A stretch of DNA of 64,000 nt from Candidatus Tayloriibacteriota bacterium (GCA_039934295.1 JBDTMN010000005.1:921-64920), one strand, 5' to 3'. Positions 51,138 to 62,836 are shown, counted from the stretch's first letter. The notes: generated by a model not told the origin, from the sequence alone. Translations and numbers: made by a program.

Positions 51138-52199
51138 CAATACTTTTAGTACTAGACTATATCTTCATCCGTCCCATGAGACGAAGTCTCGTCTGGGATT
51201 AGGAGATGGCGTGTTAGCTCTGCGTATTAAACAGAACTCCGTCCGCAAAAAGCGGACAAGTCGTTACGGGGTCAAAGAGAATATAGTTTATAATTGAAGA
51301 TAGGATGCACATACGGCCGTATTAGGTCATGTAGTTTCTTCGTTTCCGTCACCGGAAAAAAGAGTGCGTATCCTTTATTTTTTTTGTCATACACTTTCGG
51401 GTGAAGATTGAAGTTTTGGGAAATTGCCTCCGAGGCAAAGTTTGCTTCATTCAATGATACCCGTCCAAGATATATCATGCTATAGCGATTGTGATTATTT
51501 TGATAGAAACTTCCATCATCCATATACCACACCGCAAGTGCTAACGGCTGGCGAAGCATTTCAACTAAACTCGCGGGAAGACATTTCTTGCCATTTATAT
51601 AGAACAAGCTATGCCATTTTCCAAGAATCGGCGTTGAATTTGACTGCCAGCGACAATATTTGTAAACATGGTTTGTTTTTGGATGTAAACGTTCCAGACA
51701 TATTGGTTTTCCAAGAAACAGTTTAGGAAACTGTTTAGCCTTCCAAATAAGATACTCTTTTTGAGCATCACCATGTTCCAACCTCAACCGAGCGTTTTTC
51801 AGCCCTGTTTTTTGCAAGTAGCCATCTCCGAGAATTGTTCCCAGAAGAATTGACTCCTGCCTTTCTGTTAATTTCACTATATTTTTTAATTAATTCTCTC
51901 GACTTCCCACGGTGTTCCAAAAACTCTAAAACCCTTTCGGGCTAAATCAATTTGCAAAGCAAATTGATCGCCCAAGGGAAAGACCAGGTTTTCGGTTCTC
52001 CGTTATAAGCCATACTTCCCGCCTGCCTAAGCCTCTCAATCTTTAATTGCTAAAGGCATAAACAAGACAGGACCCTGCCTAAGTTCCTATTTACCGAATA
52101 CGGCAATAGGCGGGCAGGTCTCCGCATCACTGCGGAGTAGGACAACAAGACACTTTTTCCCGCCCGTACCGAATGGTACATTCGGGCGAGGCAGTGTCC
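51138..52199 (-). mobile_element. Group I intron at 23S position 2449
   Basis: Exons rejoin as GGGGAU|AACAGGC; terminal G. Confidence 0.9.
51272..51877 (-). CDS. LAGLIDADG homing endonuclease (two-motif, LAGLIDADG_2 type)
   Basis: ILLGTILGDGYL and LAVWYMDDGS. Confidence 0.92.
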   Translation of the reverse strand: MKLTERQESILLGTILGDGYLQKTGLKNARLRLEHGDAQKEYLIWKAKQFPKLFLGKPICLERLHPKTNHVYKYCRWQSNSTPILGKWHSLFYINGKKCLPASLVEMLRQPLALAVWYMDDGSFYQNNHNRYSMIYLGRVSLNEANFASEAISQNFNLHPKVYDKKNKGYALFFPVTETKKLHDLIRPYVHPIFNYKLYSL

Positions 52200-52389
52200 A
52201 TCCCCAGAGTAGCTTTTGTCCGATAATCTTCCACCGCGTCTAATGCGTATGGTCGGTTCACTATGTTCTGCTTTCGCATCTGTTTGACAAGTACGTCTCA
52301 CAGTTAAGCCAGCTTGTGCCATTACACTATCGGCACGGTTTCCATTCGCGCCTAGCTGACCTTAATAAACTCCTCCGTTACTTTTTAGG

Positions 52390-53173
52390 CATGTTGTTAC
52401 GAATTAGCTTTTAGCTTTCAGGTGTTAGCTGTTAGCTTAAAGATAATTAGGACAAGACATTTCTGCTTGTCTCTCTATGTCGCCATAGAGGTCGGACTAT
52501 ATCATCATCCGACATTAGTTTTCCAAGGTTCGACCTTGGATCAGGAAAAAGGTCGAACCTTAATCCAAAAATTAATGTTGGAGATCAGCGTGTAGTCTCT
52601 GAGGGAATTAAAATTATTTATTACTATCGTCTGGATTTATTCCAAGAGATTTAAGCTCGCTCTCATTCAGATACAAGCATTCTTTTTGGAGTTTTAAGTC
52701 ATATAATTTTTCTTTCATTACATGCTCTAAACTTTGAAGTTTCGCCTTTTCACTTTCTTTGGGTTCCACCTGCTTATTGATTTGCTCTTTTTGTTTTTCC
52801 AAATCTTTAATTTCCTGTTCTAGACGAACAATAGCACTCTTATTAATTCCAGCACCTTTTTTGGCTGCTTCAATCACTTGGTGTTTATCTTCAGATGATC
52901 TAAATCCTTCCATAATTTTTTAATTCCCTGCTGATTGTCCGCAGGTAAACATTGTTACTTGTAATATAAGTAGTTTACCATACTCCCTAAACTTTTGCCT
53001 TTGCAAAAGTCGGGCGAAAATTTTGCTTTCAAAATGTTCTAGCCGGATTTCCCAGCATATTGCTGATTTTTCGATCGCGATTATTCGCGAAAGTCCCCCT
53101 ATAAATTTGTTTGTTTTGGTGTGAACCACCTAGGAGGCGCCACGGATTGAAGACACAAAATTTTGCGTCCTCA
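52390..53173 (-). mobile_element. Group I intron at 23S position 2262
   Basis: Exons rejoin as GCUAUCCU|CCUAAAA; AAUCAGCAGG and CUCAGAGACUAC core; terminal G. Confidence 0.86.
52614..52913 (-). CDS. Intron-encoded 99 aa coiled-coil protein, not an endonuclease
   Basis: ATG ORF between AAUCAGCAGG and CUCAGAGACU core elements; K/E heptad-rich. Confidence 0.68.
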   Translation of the reverse strand: MEGFRSSEDKHQVIEAAKKGAGINKSAIVRLEQEIKDLEKQKEQINKQVEPKESEKAKLQSLEHVMKEKLYDLKLQKECLYLNESELKSLGINPDDSNK

Positions 53174-53482
53174 AGGATAGCGCCCCACTAAAACTGCCCG
53201 CCAGGTACTGTCTCTCGCCGTTTTTTCCGTCGAAGTTAGAAAATACATTTTTAAAGAGTGGTATTTCACTTTCGGATCCACGCACCCCGAAAGGTACGCT
53301 TCAAATCCTCCCACCTACGCTACGCATCAAAAACGTATCCTCAATACCAAGTTGCAGTAAAGCTTCTGGGGTCTTTTCGTCTAACTGCAGGTAACCGGCA
53401 TCTTCACCGGTATTGTATTTTCACCGAGCTATTCCCCGAGACAGTTCTCCAGTCATTACACTATTCGTGCGCGTCGGAACTT

Positions 53483-54229
<747 letters not shown>

Positions 54230-54571
54230 TATTTCATGGTAGCGCACACACGATAGTTAATTAACTTATTAATTTAATTTTGTTTATCAATTCCAAACCT
54301 TATTTGTTGACTTCATGTCGCCATGAAGATCGGACTCTATCATCGTCTCAAATCGTCGACATCATTCCAGTATAATTTGATTCGTCTTGCGTATAGTCTC
54401 TGAGGGTTTCCGCCAGAGGCGGATCTTCCCTGCTGATTGTCCGTTGACCGTCCGTTCTCACGGATTAGGTCGCACTTCAAAATTTTTACTGCCTTACGGC
54501 GAGTATTTGAAGATACACGGGGTTTCCAGCATATAGCAAGATTTATTTTCGTAACTACAACGGTCAAGTTT
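54230..54571 (-). mobile_element. ORF-less group I intron at 23S position 1917 with terminal A
   Basis: Exons rejoin as GUAACUAU|AACGGUCC; AAUCAGCAGG and CUCAGAGACUAU core; ends ...GAAAUA. Confidence 0.88.
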
Positions 54572-55838
54572 ATAGTTACGGCCGACATTCACCCGGGCTT
54601 ATATCAATCACCACCCACATCGTGCTGGGCACGATGTGGAGATTCAAGAATCATGATTCATGATTCAAGATTCTCCACATCACGTTCAACGTGATGTGGA
54701 CGACGTCGATATTTGACCTTCGGGCATTGGTCAAGTGTCACCCCCTATACATCCTCTTGCGAGTTCGCAGGGAGCTGTGTTTTTGATAAACAGTTGCCAG
54801 AGATACTTTAGCTGCGTCCTCGCGCGGAACGCGCGAACACTGAACTGAAGCAGAATCGAACACAGAACTGACACTGAACCCTATGGTTCTGCGTCTGTTC
54901 CGTGTCCCACCGTTTCTGGCGGGATTCCGTCTTGTTCCGTGCTCTTGTGCTCCGCACAAGGAAAGCCTTATTCCGAAGTTACGGCTGCTTTTTTGCCGAG
55001 TTCCTTGGGGAAATTTCACTCGTTCGCCTTGCTCTACTCGAGCTGACTACCTGTGTCGGTTTACGGTACGGTTCTAGCATGTATAAATTTAGAGACTTTT
55101 CTTGGAAGCGTGCTTTGTCCTGTTTCGCGCGCAGCGCACGACCACTGAACTGACTCGGAATATAAACACGGAACGATACTGAACCTGTAGCGGTTCCGCG
55201 TTTTTTCCGTGTTCCGCCTCGTGAGGCGGAGTTCCGTCTTGTTCCGTGCTCTTGTGCCACGCACGATTCTCGCCCTGCTTAAAGTCGCCATTGAAGGCAG
55301 ACTTCCGGATTTTCCAGGAAATCCATCTTGCAGTACGAACGTCAAATCCGATAATGCGCAAGACATACTACACTCCGTCATCCCATCATTACATGCTAAA
55401 GTCATGGAATATTAACCATGTGTCCGTCGGGTGCGGTTTTCACCATTCCCTTAGGGCCGACTCACCCTTGGCTGATTGACATCGCCAAGGAAACCTTAGT
55501 CTTTCGGCGTGGAGGGTTCTCACCTCCATTGCGGTTACTTGTGCCAACATTCTTACTTCGCAACGCTCCACCATGGGTCACCCCTTTGGCTTCATCGCAG
55601 ATGCGAATACTCTCCTACCACGCACGCGCAAAGCGCGTAAGATACAAGTTTGTAAAGTAGAAAGTTATAAAGTTATAAAGCAAGAGGAATCCTCTTAACT
55701 TGATAACTTTATGAACCTTATAACCTTATAACTTCTTGTCCTACGTGCCCTGCACGTACATCCTCAGTTTCGGTACTACACTTGAGCCCCGATTATCTTC
55801 GGCGCAGAATCTCTCGATGAGTGAGCTGTTACGCTTTC

Positions 55839-55870
<32 letters not shown>

Positions 55871-56554
55871 TCATTGTCGGAGAAATTCCACCACCTTACT
55901 TGCACTTAGTGTAGATTTAGGGACCTTAAATAGAGATCTAGGCTGTTTCCTTTTTGACCAGTGGAGCTTAGCCCCCACGGTCTAACTGCCGAGTAGTAAC
56001 TTTCCGTATTCGGAGTTTGATAGGATTCGCGATCTTTCGACCTGTCGAATCCTTCCAGTGCTCTACCCCGGAAAGGTTCACTCGACGCTAGCCCAAAAGC
56101 TATTTCGGAGAGAACCAGCTATTACCAAGTTCGATTAGCTTTTCACTTCTTACCCCAGGTCATCCGATAGTATTGCACGGCTAACCAGTTCGGGCCTTCC
56201 TTTTGATTTCTCAAAAGTTCACCCTGCCCAGGGCAAGCTCACTTTGGCTTCGGGTCTGATGTAATGTACTTATTCGCGCTATTAACACTCGGTTTCCCTA
56301 TGGCTCCACCCTTTTAAGGCTTAGCCTTGCACATTAAATCAACTCGTTGGCTCATTCTTCAATAGGCACGCCATGACGGACAGGATTCAGTTTGTAAGTT
56401 TGCTCGCAGACTCGCTTTAAGTTTGTAAGTTTGTAAGTTTTTGAATTCAACTTACCAACTTATAACTTAAGCGAAGCGTAACTTATAAACTAAGTCCTGC
56501 CCGCTCTGACTCCTTGTAAGCATATAGTTTCAGGTCTATTTCACTCCCCTCTCC

Positions 56555-56597
<43 letters not shown>

Positions 56598-57803
56598 ATC
56601 TAGAAGTGTATTTAGCCTTACCGGTTAGTTCCGGCAAATTCCTCCGAGCCATTCGTGTCTCGAAGTACTCAAGAACAGTAACAAAGAAGATTCTACATTT
56701 TCACCTACAGGGCCATTACCTTCTTGGGCTTAGCTTTCCAGCTAATTCGGTTAATATAGAATTTTGTAACTTCTCTGGTATAAATACCACGCTACTGCCT
56801 TATAACACCGCGCACCGCACGAAAGCGCGGTGCAGAATCTTGATTCAGGATTCAAGATTCAGGAGCGCGCAAAGCGCGCAATTCTTGAATCGTGAATCAT
56901 GTCTCTTGAATCTGCATCGAACCTTTGTGAGATGCACGGTTTGGGCTCTTTCCTTTTCGCTCGCCGCTATTCAGGAAATAACAATTGTTCTTTTTTCCTC
57001 CAGGTACTGAAATGTTTTACTTCCCTGGGTATGCTTTCAGCACTAACGTGCTGAATCTCGTGCAAGCACGAGGGGTTTCCCCATTCGGAGATCTCCGGAT
57101 CAAAGGTTGCTTGGCACCTCCCCGAAGCGTATCGCCGCCAGACTGCGTCCTTCATCGCCTCTTCTAGTCAAGGCATCCACCATATGCTCTTTATTTCCTA
57201 TTAGGAAATTTATAAACCACACTTGCGCAAAGCGCACAAGATACGAGTTTGTAAAGTAGAAAGTTATAACGTTATAAAGTCAGAGAAGACTTCTCTTAAC
57301 TTTATAACTTTATAAACTTTATAACTTTATAACTTATATTCTGCGTGCTTTGCACAAGCTTCACGCTCCCGCACACACCGCATGTGGCGCGAGAACACGA
57401 AATTACTTATTTTACCTGTTGTTATTTCCTCCTCTTGAAAGAAGAAATAACCTTCCGTAACACTTTCGCGTCACGGGATTGCCTCCAAACGATCTAACGT
57501 TTAAAAAGCTATTCCACCTCCGACAAATAAAGACCCCTTCTCTCGCCTGTTGGCGGAGAAAAAGCTTGCCGGGAATGGTTTGAAGTTGTCAATGAATCAT
57601 GCGTTCTGTTTGACACTCTTTCTGTACCCTCGAAATCTTTCAAACCTTTGAAAAATTTCGAGGATAAGGATTACGATTCGGCCTAAATTTTAAACAAAAA
57701 AACCGCTCTATTCGCGCGGTTGAGTAAGACAACACAAAAAGTGGGCCGTTACTTTTTCCGCTTAAATTTAATGGTGTTTAACATACGTCTTTATGTGAAA
57801 AAT

Positions 57804-57832
57804 AGTATAGCGCCACGGCGTTTTTTTGTCAA
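57804..57832 (-). promoter_or_regulatory. Sigma70 promoter for the 23S-5S transcript
   Basis: TTGACA-17 nt-TATACT on the minus strand, about 600 nt upstream of the 23S 5' end. Confidence 0.8.
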
Positions 57833-58061
57833 TAAAAAAATCAATCGAGTAAACCGTGTAAAACTATCCGATATGGATATGGTGAAAAACCTTGAAAAAC
57901 TGGGGCTAATTAGGGGGAAAAGGTAAAATCGGCCTTTCTTTATGCACATCTTTTCCCCAGATTTTCCCCAGATTTGCTCTATTATTACGACTATTGAAAG
58001 ATCGCCAAATGCAAAATCCCGCTTGCGCGGGATTTTGCATAACGAAACTTTCATAGAAACC

Positions 58062-58775
58062 CTATCTTCCCTTGTGCGAAATATCATCCCGCACCTTTTC
58101 GATAATTTCAGAAGCCGCCTTTTGACCTCCAAGTCCAAATGCCAACCCAACGGCCAATGCAAGACCCGCGACAATTGCGGTGAAAAGTATGTTGACGAGA
58201 CTATCAGCAATTCTCAACTGATTAAGCGCCGCCAAAATAGTAAAAAACCAAATCGCCCACTTTGTGACTACGCCCAAAAAATTCGCGGAAGTCATGTCTC
58301 CCGCTCGGGCGCTCGATGAGACAAGTTTGCTTAAGGCATCGGCTATAATCACTCCCGCAACTAAGATAATGACAGCGACAATCACGTCAGGGATATACTG
58401 GAGCACTGCTTGTTGCAGGAACATTGTCACCTGTTTAAGCCCCAACGTCTCGAGAGACGCAACGATGAATGCAATAATGATGAACCATTTCACTAATGCC
58501 CCAATAAACTTTCCGGTATTCAATTTCAAACCTGCCCGAGTGAAATATTCTTCCGCGTTCGCCTTTCGCAAAAGAACATCGACTTTAATCGCGCGAACCA
58601 ACTCTTCTACCAGTCTCCCCACAAGACTGCCGACAAGACAGCCGAGTATAAAAAGAAGAAGGGCGATTATTAATGACGGCACAACATTGACAATACCCTG
58701 ACCAATCGATGTAAATGAGTTGCCGAGAGTATCGTCCCACATTTTTAACCATTCTCTTAACATAGTTGTAAGCAC
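58062..58775 (-). CDS. Conserved TM-helix repeat membrane protein (CmpX / MscS-associated)
   Basis: Repeated P.LI.A...G helices, ALAVGLAFGLGG. Confidence 0.82.
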   Translation of the reverse strand: MLTTMLREWLKMWDDTLGNSFTSIGQGIVNVVPSLIIALLLFILGCLVGSLVGRLVEELVRAIKVDVLLRKANAEEYFTRAGLKLNTGKFIGALVKWFIIIAFIVASLETLGLKQVTMFLQQAVLQYIPDVIVAVIILVAGVIIADALSKLVSSSARAGDMTSANFLGVVTKWAIWFFTILAALNQLRIADSLVNILFTAIVAGLALAVGLAFGLGGQKAASEIIEKVRDDISHKGR

Positions 58776-58878
58776 TTATGGTGCTCAAAATTAACGAATA
58801 ATTAATAATAGCATGGAGAAAAGCACGACCTTTTCTTTGTCTATTAATTATACCACGCCCGATTCAGAGAGGCTGTTG

Positions 58879-58980
58879 ATAACCCGAAGTCATGCGACAT
58901 GACTTCGGAGCAATAGTCGTATGACTATAACCCGAAGTCATGTTCCGTGACTTCGGAGCAATAGTCGTATGACTATAACT
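58879..58980. repeat. Two 48 bp tandem hairpin units
   Basis: ATAACCCGAAGTCATG-NNNN-TGACTTCGGAGCAATAGTCGTATGACT occurs twice. Confidence 0.88.
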
Positions 58981-59001
58981 TTTGAGAAAATTCGAGACAA
59001 G

Positions 59002-59206
59002 AAGGGCTTACGCGTTTGGATGCTATTCGAGGCGCGAGTGAGGTGAGGAGCGAATACTTGGAGCTCCGCAAGACTCTGAACGTTTCGTCTGCGAAATGTG
59101 AAGAGTGTACTGCTCCTGTAAGGAGGGTGACCAAGCTGTAGTTTGATACTACTGCGCGGGAACAAGGAGGAAGCAACGAAGAAGAGCGCCAAACGCGTAA
59201 GCCCTT
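59002..59206 (+). repeat. 205 bp structured element closed by an 18 bp perfect inverted repeat
   Basis: AAGGGCTTACGCGTTTGG...CCAAACGCGTAAGCCCTT; core homologous to the reverse complement of 41799-41881. Confidence 0.85.
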
Positions 59207-59867
59207 AAAAACTCAATTTAATGCCGGTTCGGTCAAAGAGAACCTCATGAGGGTAGTCCAGGATATCGCGCACAAGCTTGTCGTAGATACTCATTCGGTA
59301 TTTGAAGTCTTGAGTTTCAAGATAGGTATATTGGAGTTCCTTGCCTATTTCGGCTTCTATGCTTTTTATTGCTTGAGTGAGCTTTTTTTTCTGAATTTTA
59401 TCTCCAACAACGAGAATATCCACCCGGGAATCCCAATTCTGAATGAACACTCCCGCTATGATGACGAGCTTTACTTTTCCTATCGCCGAAAATCGTTGGA
59501 GAATTTCATTCTCCTTCACCAATATGGTGTTTATGAGGAGATTCTGAAGCTCTCTCAAATAGGTAAATCGGCTGTTAAGCGTCCAACCATGCACCTTCCT
59601 TTTGGTGTGAACAATCATCATCTTTCTCTTCTTGCCTCTTTTCTTCTTACCGACAAAAACAGCGCGGGCAAATGATTTCACAAAGCTTTTTCTCGAGAAC
59701 AGGCCGATGCCTTCGAGAGCAGACAATTCCTTCTTCGCCACATCTTTTTCCACCCGAGCCCTCTTTGACACGTCAAAGATGTCGTACGCCGACTTGGCGT
59801 TAAAAAGAAAAAGTCGCATGATTCTCACCTTTGCTTCGGACCCAAAAATTTTTCCTAGAGTGTCCAT
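59205..59867 (-). CDS. Winged-HTH plus nucleotidyltransferase-like domain protein
   Basis: IFGSEAKVRIMRLF N-terminal HTH; GVF...SRVDILVVGD. Confidence 0.7.
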   Translation of the reverse strand: MDTLGKIFGSEAKVRIMRLFLFNAKSAYDIFDVSKRARVEKDVAKKELSALEGIGLFSRKSFVKSFARAVFVGKKKRGKKRKMMIVHTKRKVHGWTLNSRFTYLRELQNLLINTILVKENEILQRFSAIGKVKLVIIAGVFIQNWDSRVDILVVGDKIQKKKLTQAIKSIEAEIGKELQYTYLETQDFKYRMSIYDKLVRDILDYPHEVLFDRTGIKLSF

Positions 59868-60018
59868 GGGGTAGGTGTTAGCTGTTAGGTGTTAGGTGTC
59901 AGGTGTCAGTTACAGATTGATTAGGCAATTCTATCTCATCTAGCTGTGGGATAGCTAGTATTGACATTATGAGTAGCTATTGTAATATCTGCAAAGCAGA
60001 AAACACGCGGTACAAGAT

Positions 60019-60348
60019 ATGGAAAATCTAAACGTTCAGTTAACCACTCACGAGACAATCATTTTGGCGAGCCTCGTTCAACTCCTGCGAGATCAAGTCT
60101 ACAATCTTGCAGAGCAGACAGTACGAGCCTTAATGTCTTCGAAATCGCCGGACACGTCAACCGAGGAAGAGCCCCCTAAAGCTTCTCCGGAAAAGGTTAT
60201 CAATATTCCACTGCCCTTAATCTGTGCTTTGGAGCAGTTGATGAAGGATAAGGAGAAAAGCATCCAGGCGCCAAATTTCCCCATTCTTCTGGAAAGGTTC
60301 AAGGAGGCTCGTCTCTCTGCGAGGCATTCGCCCAATGGCGGTTCGTAA
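60019..60348 (+). CDS. Hypothetical protein
   Basis: ATG ORF preceded by TTGACA (59961) and followed by a hairpin plus T tract. Confidence 0.6.
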   Translation: MENLNVQLTTHETIILASLVQLLRDQVYNLAEQTVRALMSSKSPDTSTEEEPPKASPEKVINIPLPLICALEQLMKDKEKSIQAPNFPILLERFKEARLSARHSPNGGS

Positions 60349-60362
60349 GAACCGCCTTTTTT
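60337..60362 (+). terminator. Intrinsic terminator
   Basis: GGCGGTTC-GTAA-GAACCGCC-TTTTTT. Confidence 0.75.
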
Positions 60363-60460
60363 ATTGCAAAAGTCCCAAAGGTTGAACCTTTGGGACTTTT
60401 TTCATGAATCCTGAATCTTGCCCGTCCGCCGAAGCCTGAGCGGAGGCGGGAATCGTGAAT

Positions 60461-60880
60461 CTATTTGAGTTCGACTTTTGCCCCCGCGGTCTCCAGTTTC
60501 TTCTTCATTTCTTCCGCATCCGCAATCTTCACTCCTTCTTTGAGAACTGAAGGAGCCGCATCTACAAGATCTTTAGCTTCTTTAAGTCCGAGTCCGAGAA
60601 CATCTTTTACAACCTTGATAACCGCAATCTTGGTCGCGCCCGATTCTTTCAAATGCACGGTCACAGTACTCTTCTCCTCTGCTACAGGAGCACCTGCGCC
60701 ACCTGCCGGAGCCGCCGCAACTGCCGCCGCAGAGACTCCCCACTTCGCCTCAAGGAGCTTGACGAGCTCGTTGAGGTCCACAATCGTGAGTTTCTCAATT
60801 TCATGAACGATTCCCTTAAATTTTTCGGGAACCTGCCCGACTGCGTCATGCGGGCGGGCCTCAATTTTTGTTTCTTCCAT
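60461..60880 (-). CDS. rplL: 50S ribosomal protein L7/L12
   Basis: [36 protein letters not shown]; likely start MEETK. Confidence 0.97.
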   Translation of the reverse strand: MEETKIEARPHDAVGQVPEKFKGIVHEIEKLTIVDLNELVKLLEAKWGVSAAAVAAAPAGGAGAPVAEEKSTVTVHLKESGATKIAVIKVVKDVLGLGLKEAKDLVDAAPSVLKEGVKIADAEEMKKKLETAGAKVELK

Positions 60881-60996
60881 AATGTTTACCACGATACAAA
60901 TCTACAAATGCATTCGAATGATACGAATGACAGCGGGCTCATTCCCATTCGTTGCATTCGCATACATTCGTATATTGGCATCGATTTTATTAGTAA

Positions 60997-61482
60997 TTAA
61001 CTTTTCTTCGCCTTCTCACTCAACACCATCGCAAACCTCTGTCGCGGTGAATTAATGAGATTCACGAACATTCCCCGAAGTGCCTGCAAGGAAGGGATGA
61101 GAGCGATTGCCCGTATTTCTTCCTTATTTTTGAACACCCCTTCAAACACTCCGCCCAAAAGAGAGAACTTGTTTTCAAACTTCTTTGCGAATTCAAACAC
61201 TTCCCTTGCTGGAGCAGTGGGCTCGACGCTGTAGGCAACCCCGACTTCTCCTAGAAGTTCGGGCATCTCACCTTCTATTTTTGCATCGGTGAGCGCCCTC
61301 TTCACAAGCGTTTTCTTGGCCACGTAGTAACCGACATTTTTCGACTTTAAGACACGTCTTGCTTCGCTTATGTCTTTCACCGTCATCGTGTGGAAATTTA
61401 CAAAGGCCACGCCCTTGTTTTCTCGGGCAAGTTCAGCCAGTTTGGCATATATTTCTTTCTTTTTTTCTTTTGATATTGGCAT
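60997..61482 (-). CDS. rplJ: 50S ribosomal protein L10
   Basis: YYVAKKTLVKRAL, LGGVFEG, ALIPS; upstream of rplL. Confidence 0.95.
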   Translation of the reverse strand: MPISKEKKKEIYAKLAELARENKGVAFVNFHTMTVKDISEARRVLKSKNVGYYVAKKTLVKRALTDAKIEGEMPELLGEVGVAYSVEPTAPAREVFEFAKKFENKFSLLGGVFEGVFKNKEEIRAIALIPSLQALRGMFVNLINSPRQRFAMVLSEKAKKS

Positions 61483-61649
61483 GCTGATTAGCTTTTAGCT
61501 ATTAGCTATTAGCTTCTAGCGTAAATAAAAACGACCTTTACCCGGTAGTGAATTTTGGCGATGCGCAAAGCGCTGGACAAAGTCCCTCGCCAAAATCTAC
61601 TACGGGGTTTGATAAAAGGCAAAGAGGAAAAGCAAAATGCTTTTGAGAT

Positions 61650-61787
61650 AAACCTCGGCAGGTCTTGGGGGAAGGTGTTAGGTTTGAGGTGTTAGGTGTT
61701 AGTTGAGAAGATAGGAAAAATCCAATCTAATCCTGCTTACACCTTTCACCTTTCACCTGTAACCTACCCTGCCCGCTGTCTCTGGCC
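61650..61787 (-). promoter_or_regulatory. L10 leader (autoregulatory RNA) with an inserted repeat hairpin
   Basis: CAGAGACAGCGGG...CCUGCCGAGG matches the L10-leader kink-turn pattern upstream of rplJ. Confidence 0.72.
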
Positions 61788-61855
61788 TTATTTCGACATC
61801 TTATTAAATTCCTCTATTTTGTCAACATGACAAGCGACGTCCCTTCCTGCGGTAC

Positions 61856-62005
61856 TTAGTCGATTTTAATCAATTCCACAGCGGCGGCTTGATCCATTTT
61901 TTGCCGTTCATAGCTTGCGACGAGAAAAATAATTATGCTTACGAAAATTATAGCAAGAAACCCTCCTGCAAATCTAAAAAAAGTCTTGTCGAAATATCGA
62001 AACAT
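61856..62005 (-). CDS. Small single-TM protein
   Basis: MFRYFDKTFFRFAGGFLAII...; start approximate. Confidence 0.5.
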   Translation of the reverse strand: MFRYFDKTFFRFAGGFLAIIFVSIIIFLVASYERQKMDQAAAVELIKID

Positions 62006-62050
62006 GCATAAAGTATAACGCATCAAGTGACAAGTATAAAGACAAAAATC

Positions 62051-62069
62051 TCCAAGGGTTACCCTTGGA
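62051..62069. repeat. REP-like palindrome (also 62770-62788, 62813-62829, 63840-63856, 63905-63918, 63965-63981)
   Basis: CCAAGGGT(T/A)ACCCTTGG palindrome on both sides of the transposase gene. Confidence 0.88.
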
Positions 62070-62083
62070 AATTTTTCCCTCAC

Positions 62084-62743
62084 TTATATAGCATCGGGAT
62101 CAAAATTGATCCACTCAAAAAGATTCGTCTTGAAATCGTTTGTGCTTCTAAAGTAGGCGGGAAAAGCCGAAGAATTGATTATCAGACTATTCTCTCTTTT
62201 CTCTCCAATATAATCTAAATAACTAGAATCAGAGTAACTATGCAAAAAAGTTTTTGCGATATCTTTTTCGATTTTCTTCTCTCTCCACAATGGATCAAAA
62301 ATTTTAAGGGGGTTGAGATGAATGTATGAAAAAATATATTTCAAATACTCATCTGAATCTAGGTGAGAGGATTGAAATTCACCTTCAAAAAGTATCCCGG
62401 TTCTAGCATATTTTTTATTAAAATACATGGAGTAGCTCGTCTTCAATTTTGACATAAACTTCACAATACCTCCTTCCTTTATTTCTCTCACTAAGATATG
62501 AAAATGATTCGGCATCAAGCAGTAAGCTCCAATCGCGACCAATTTTTCTCCAACATTAGTTGATGAAAGTGGCGTATTTCCGATATCTTTATAAACTAAT
62601 GACTGACTTCCGTTACAAAGAAATAACAGCCTTACAAATCTTTTTTTATCATTTTTGTCCAAATAAATAATACGCTTATCAACACCCCTATTATAAAGAT
62701 GATAGTGCTCATGAAGAGCAAATGGAGTTTTTCTAGTACTCAT
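62084..62743 (-). mobile_element. REP-associated tyrosine transposase (RAYT, Y1 HUH family)
   Basis: YHLYNRG, AYCLMPNHFHILV (HUH), G.LFEG.F, YIHLNP (catalytic Tyr). Confidence 0.88.
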
Positions 62744-62836
62744 TGTTATTAGTTATTAGGACTTTAATCTCCAAGGGTTACCCTTGGAACGTAGGAATAT
62801 GGGTAGATTGCGCCAAGGGTAACCCTTGGAGGGAGC

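Noticed and set aside
58879-58980. 48 bp tandem units as a mini-CRISPR
   Set aside because: Two contiguous units with no unique spacers
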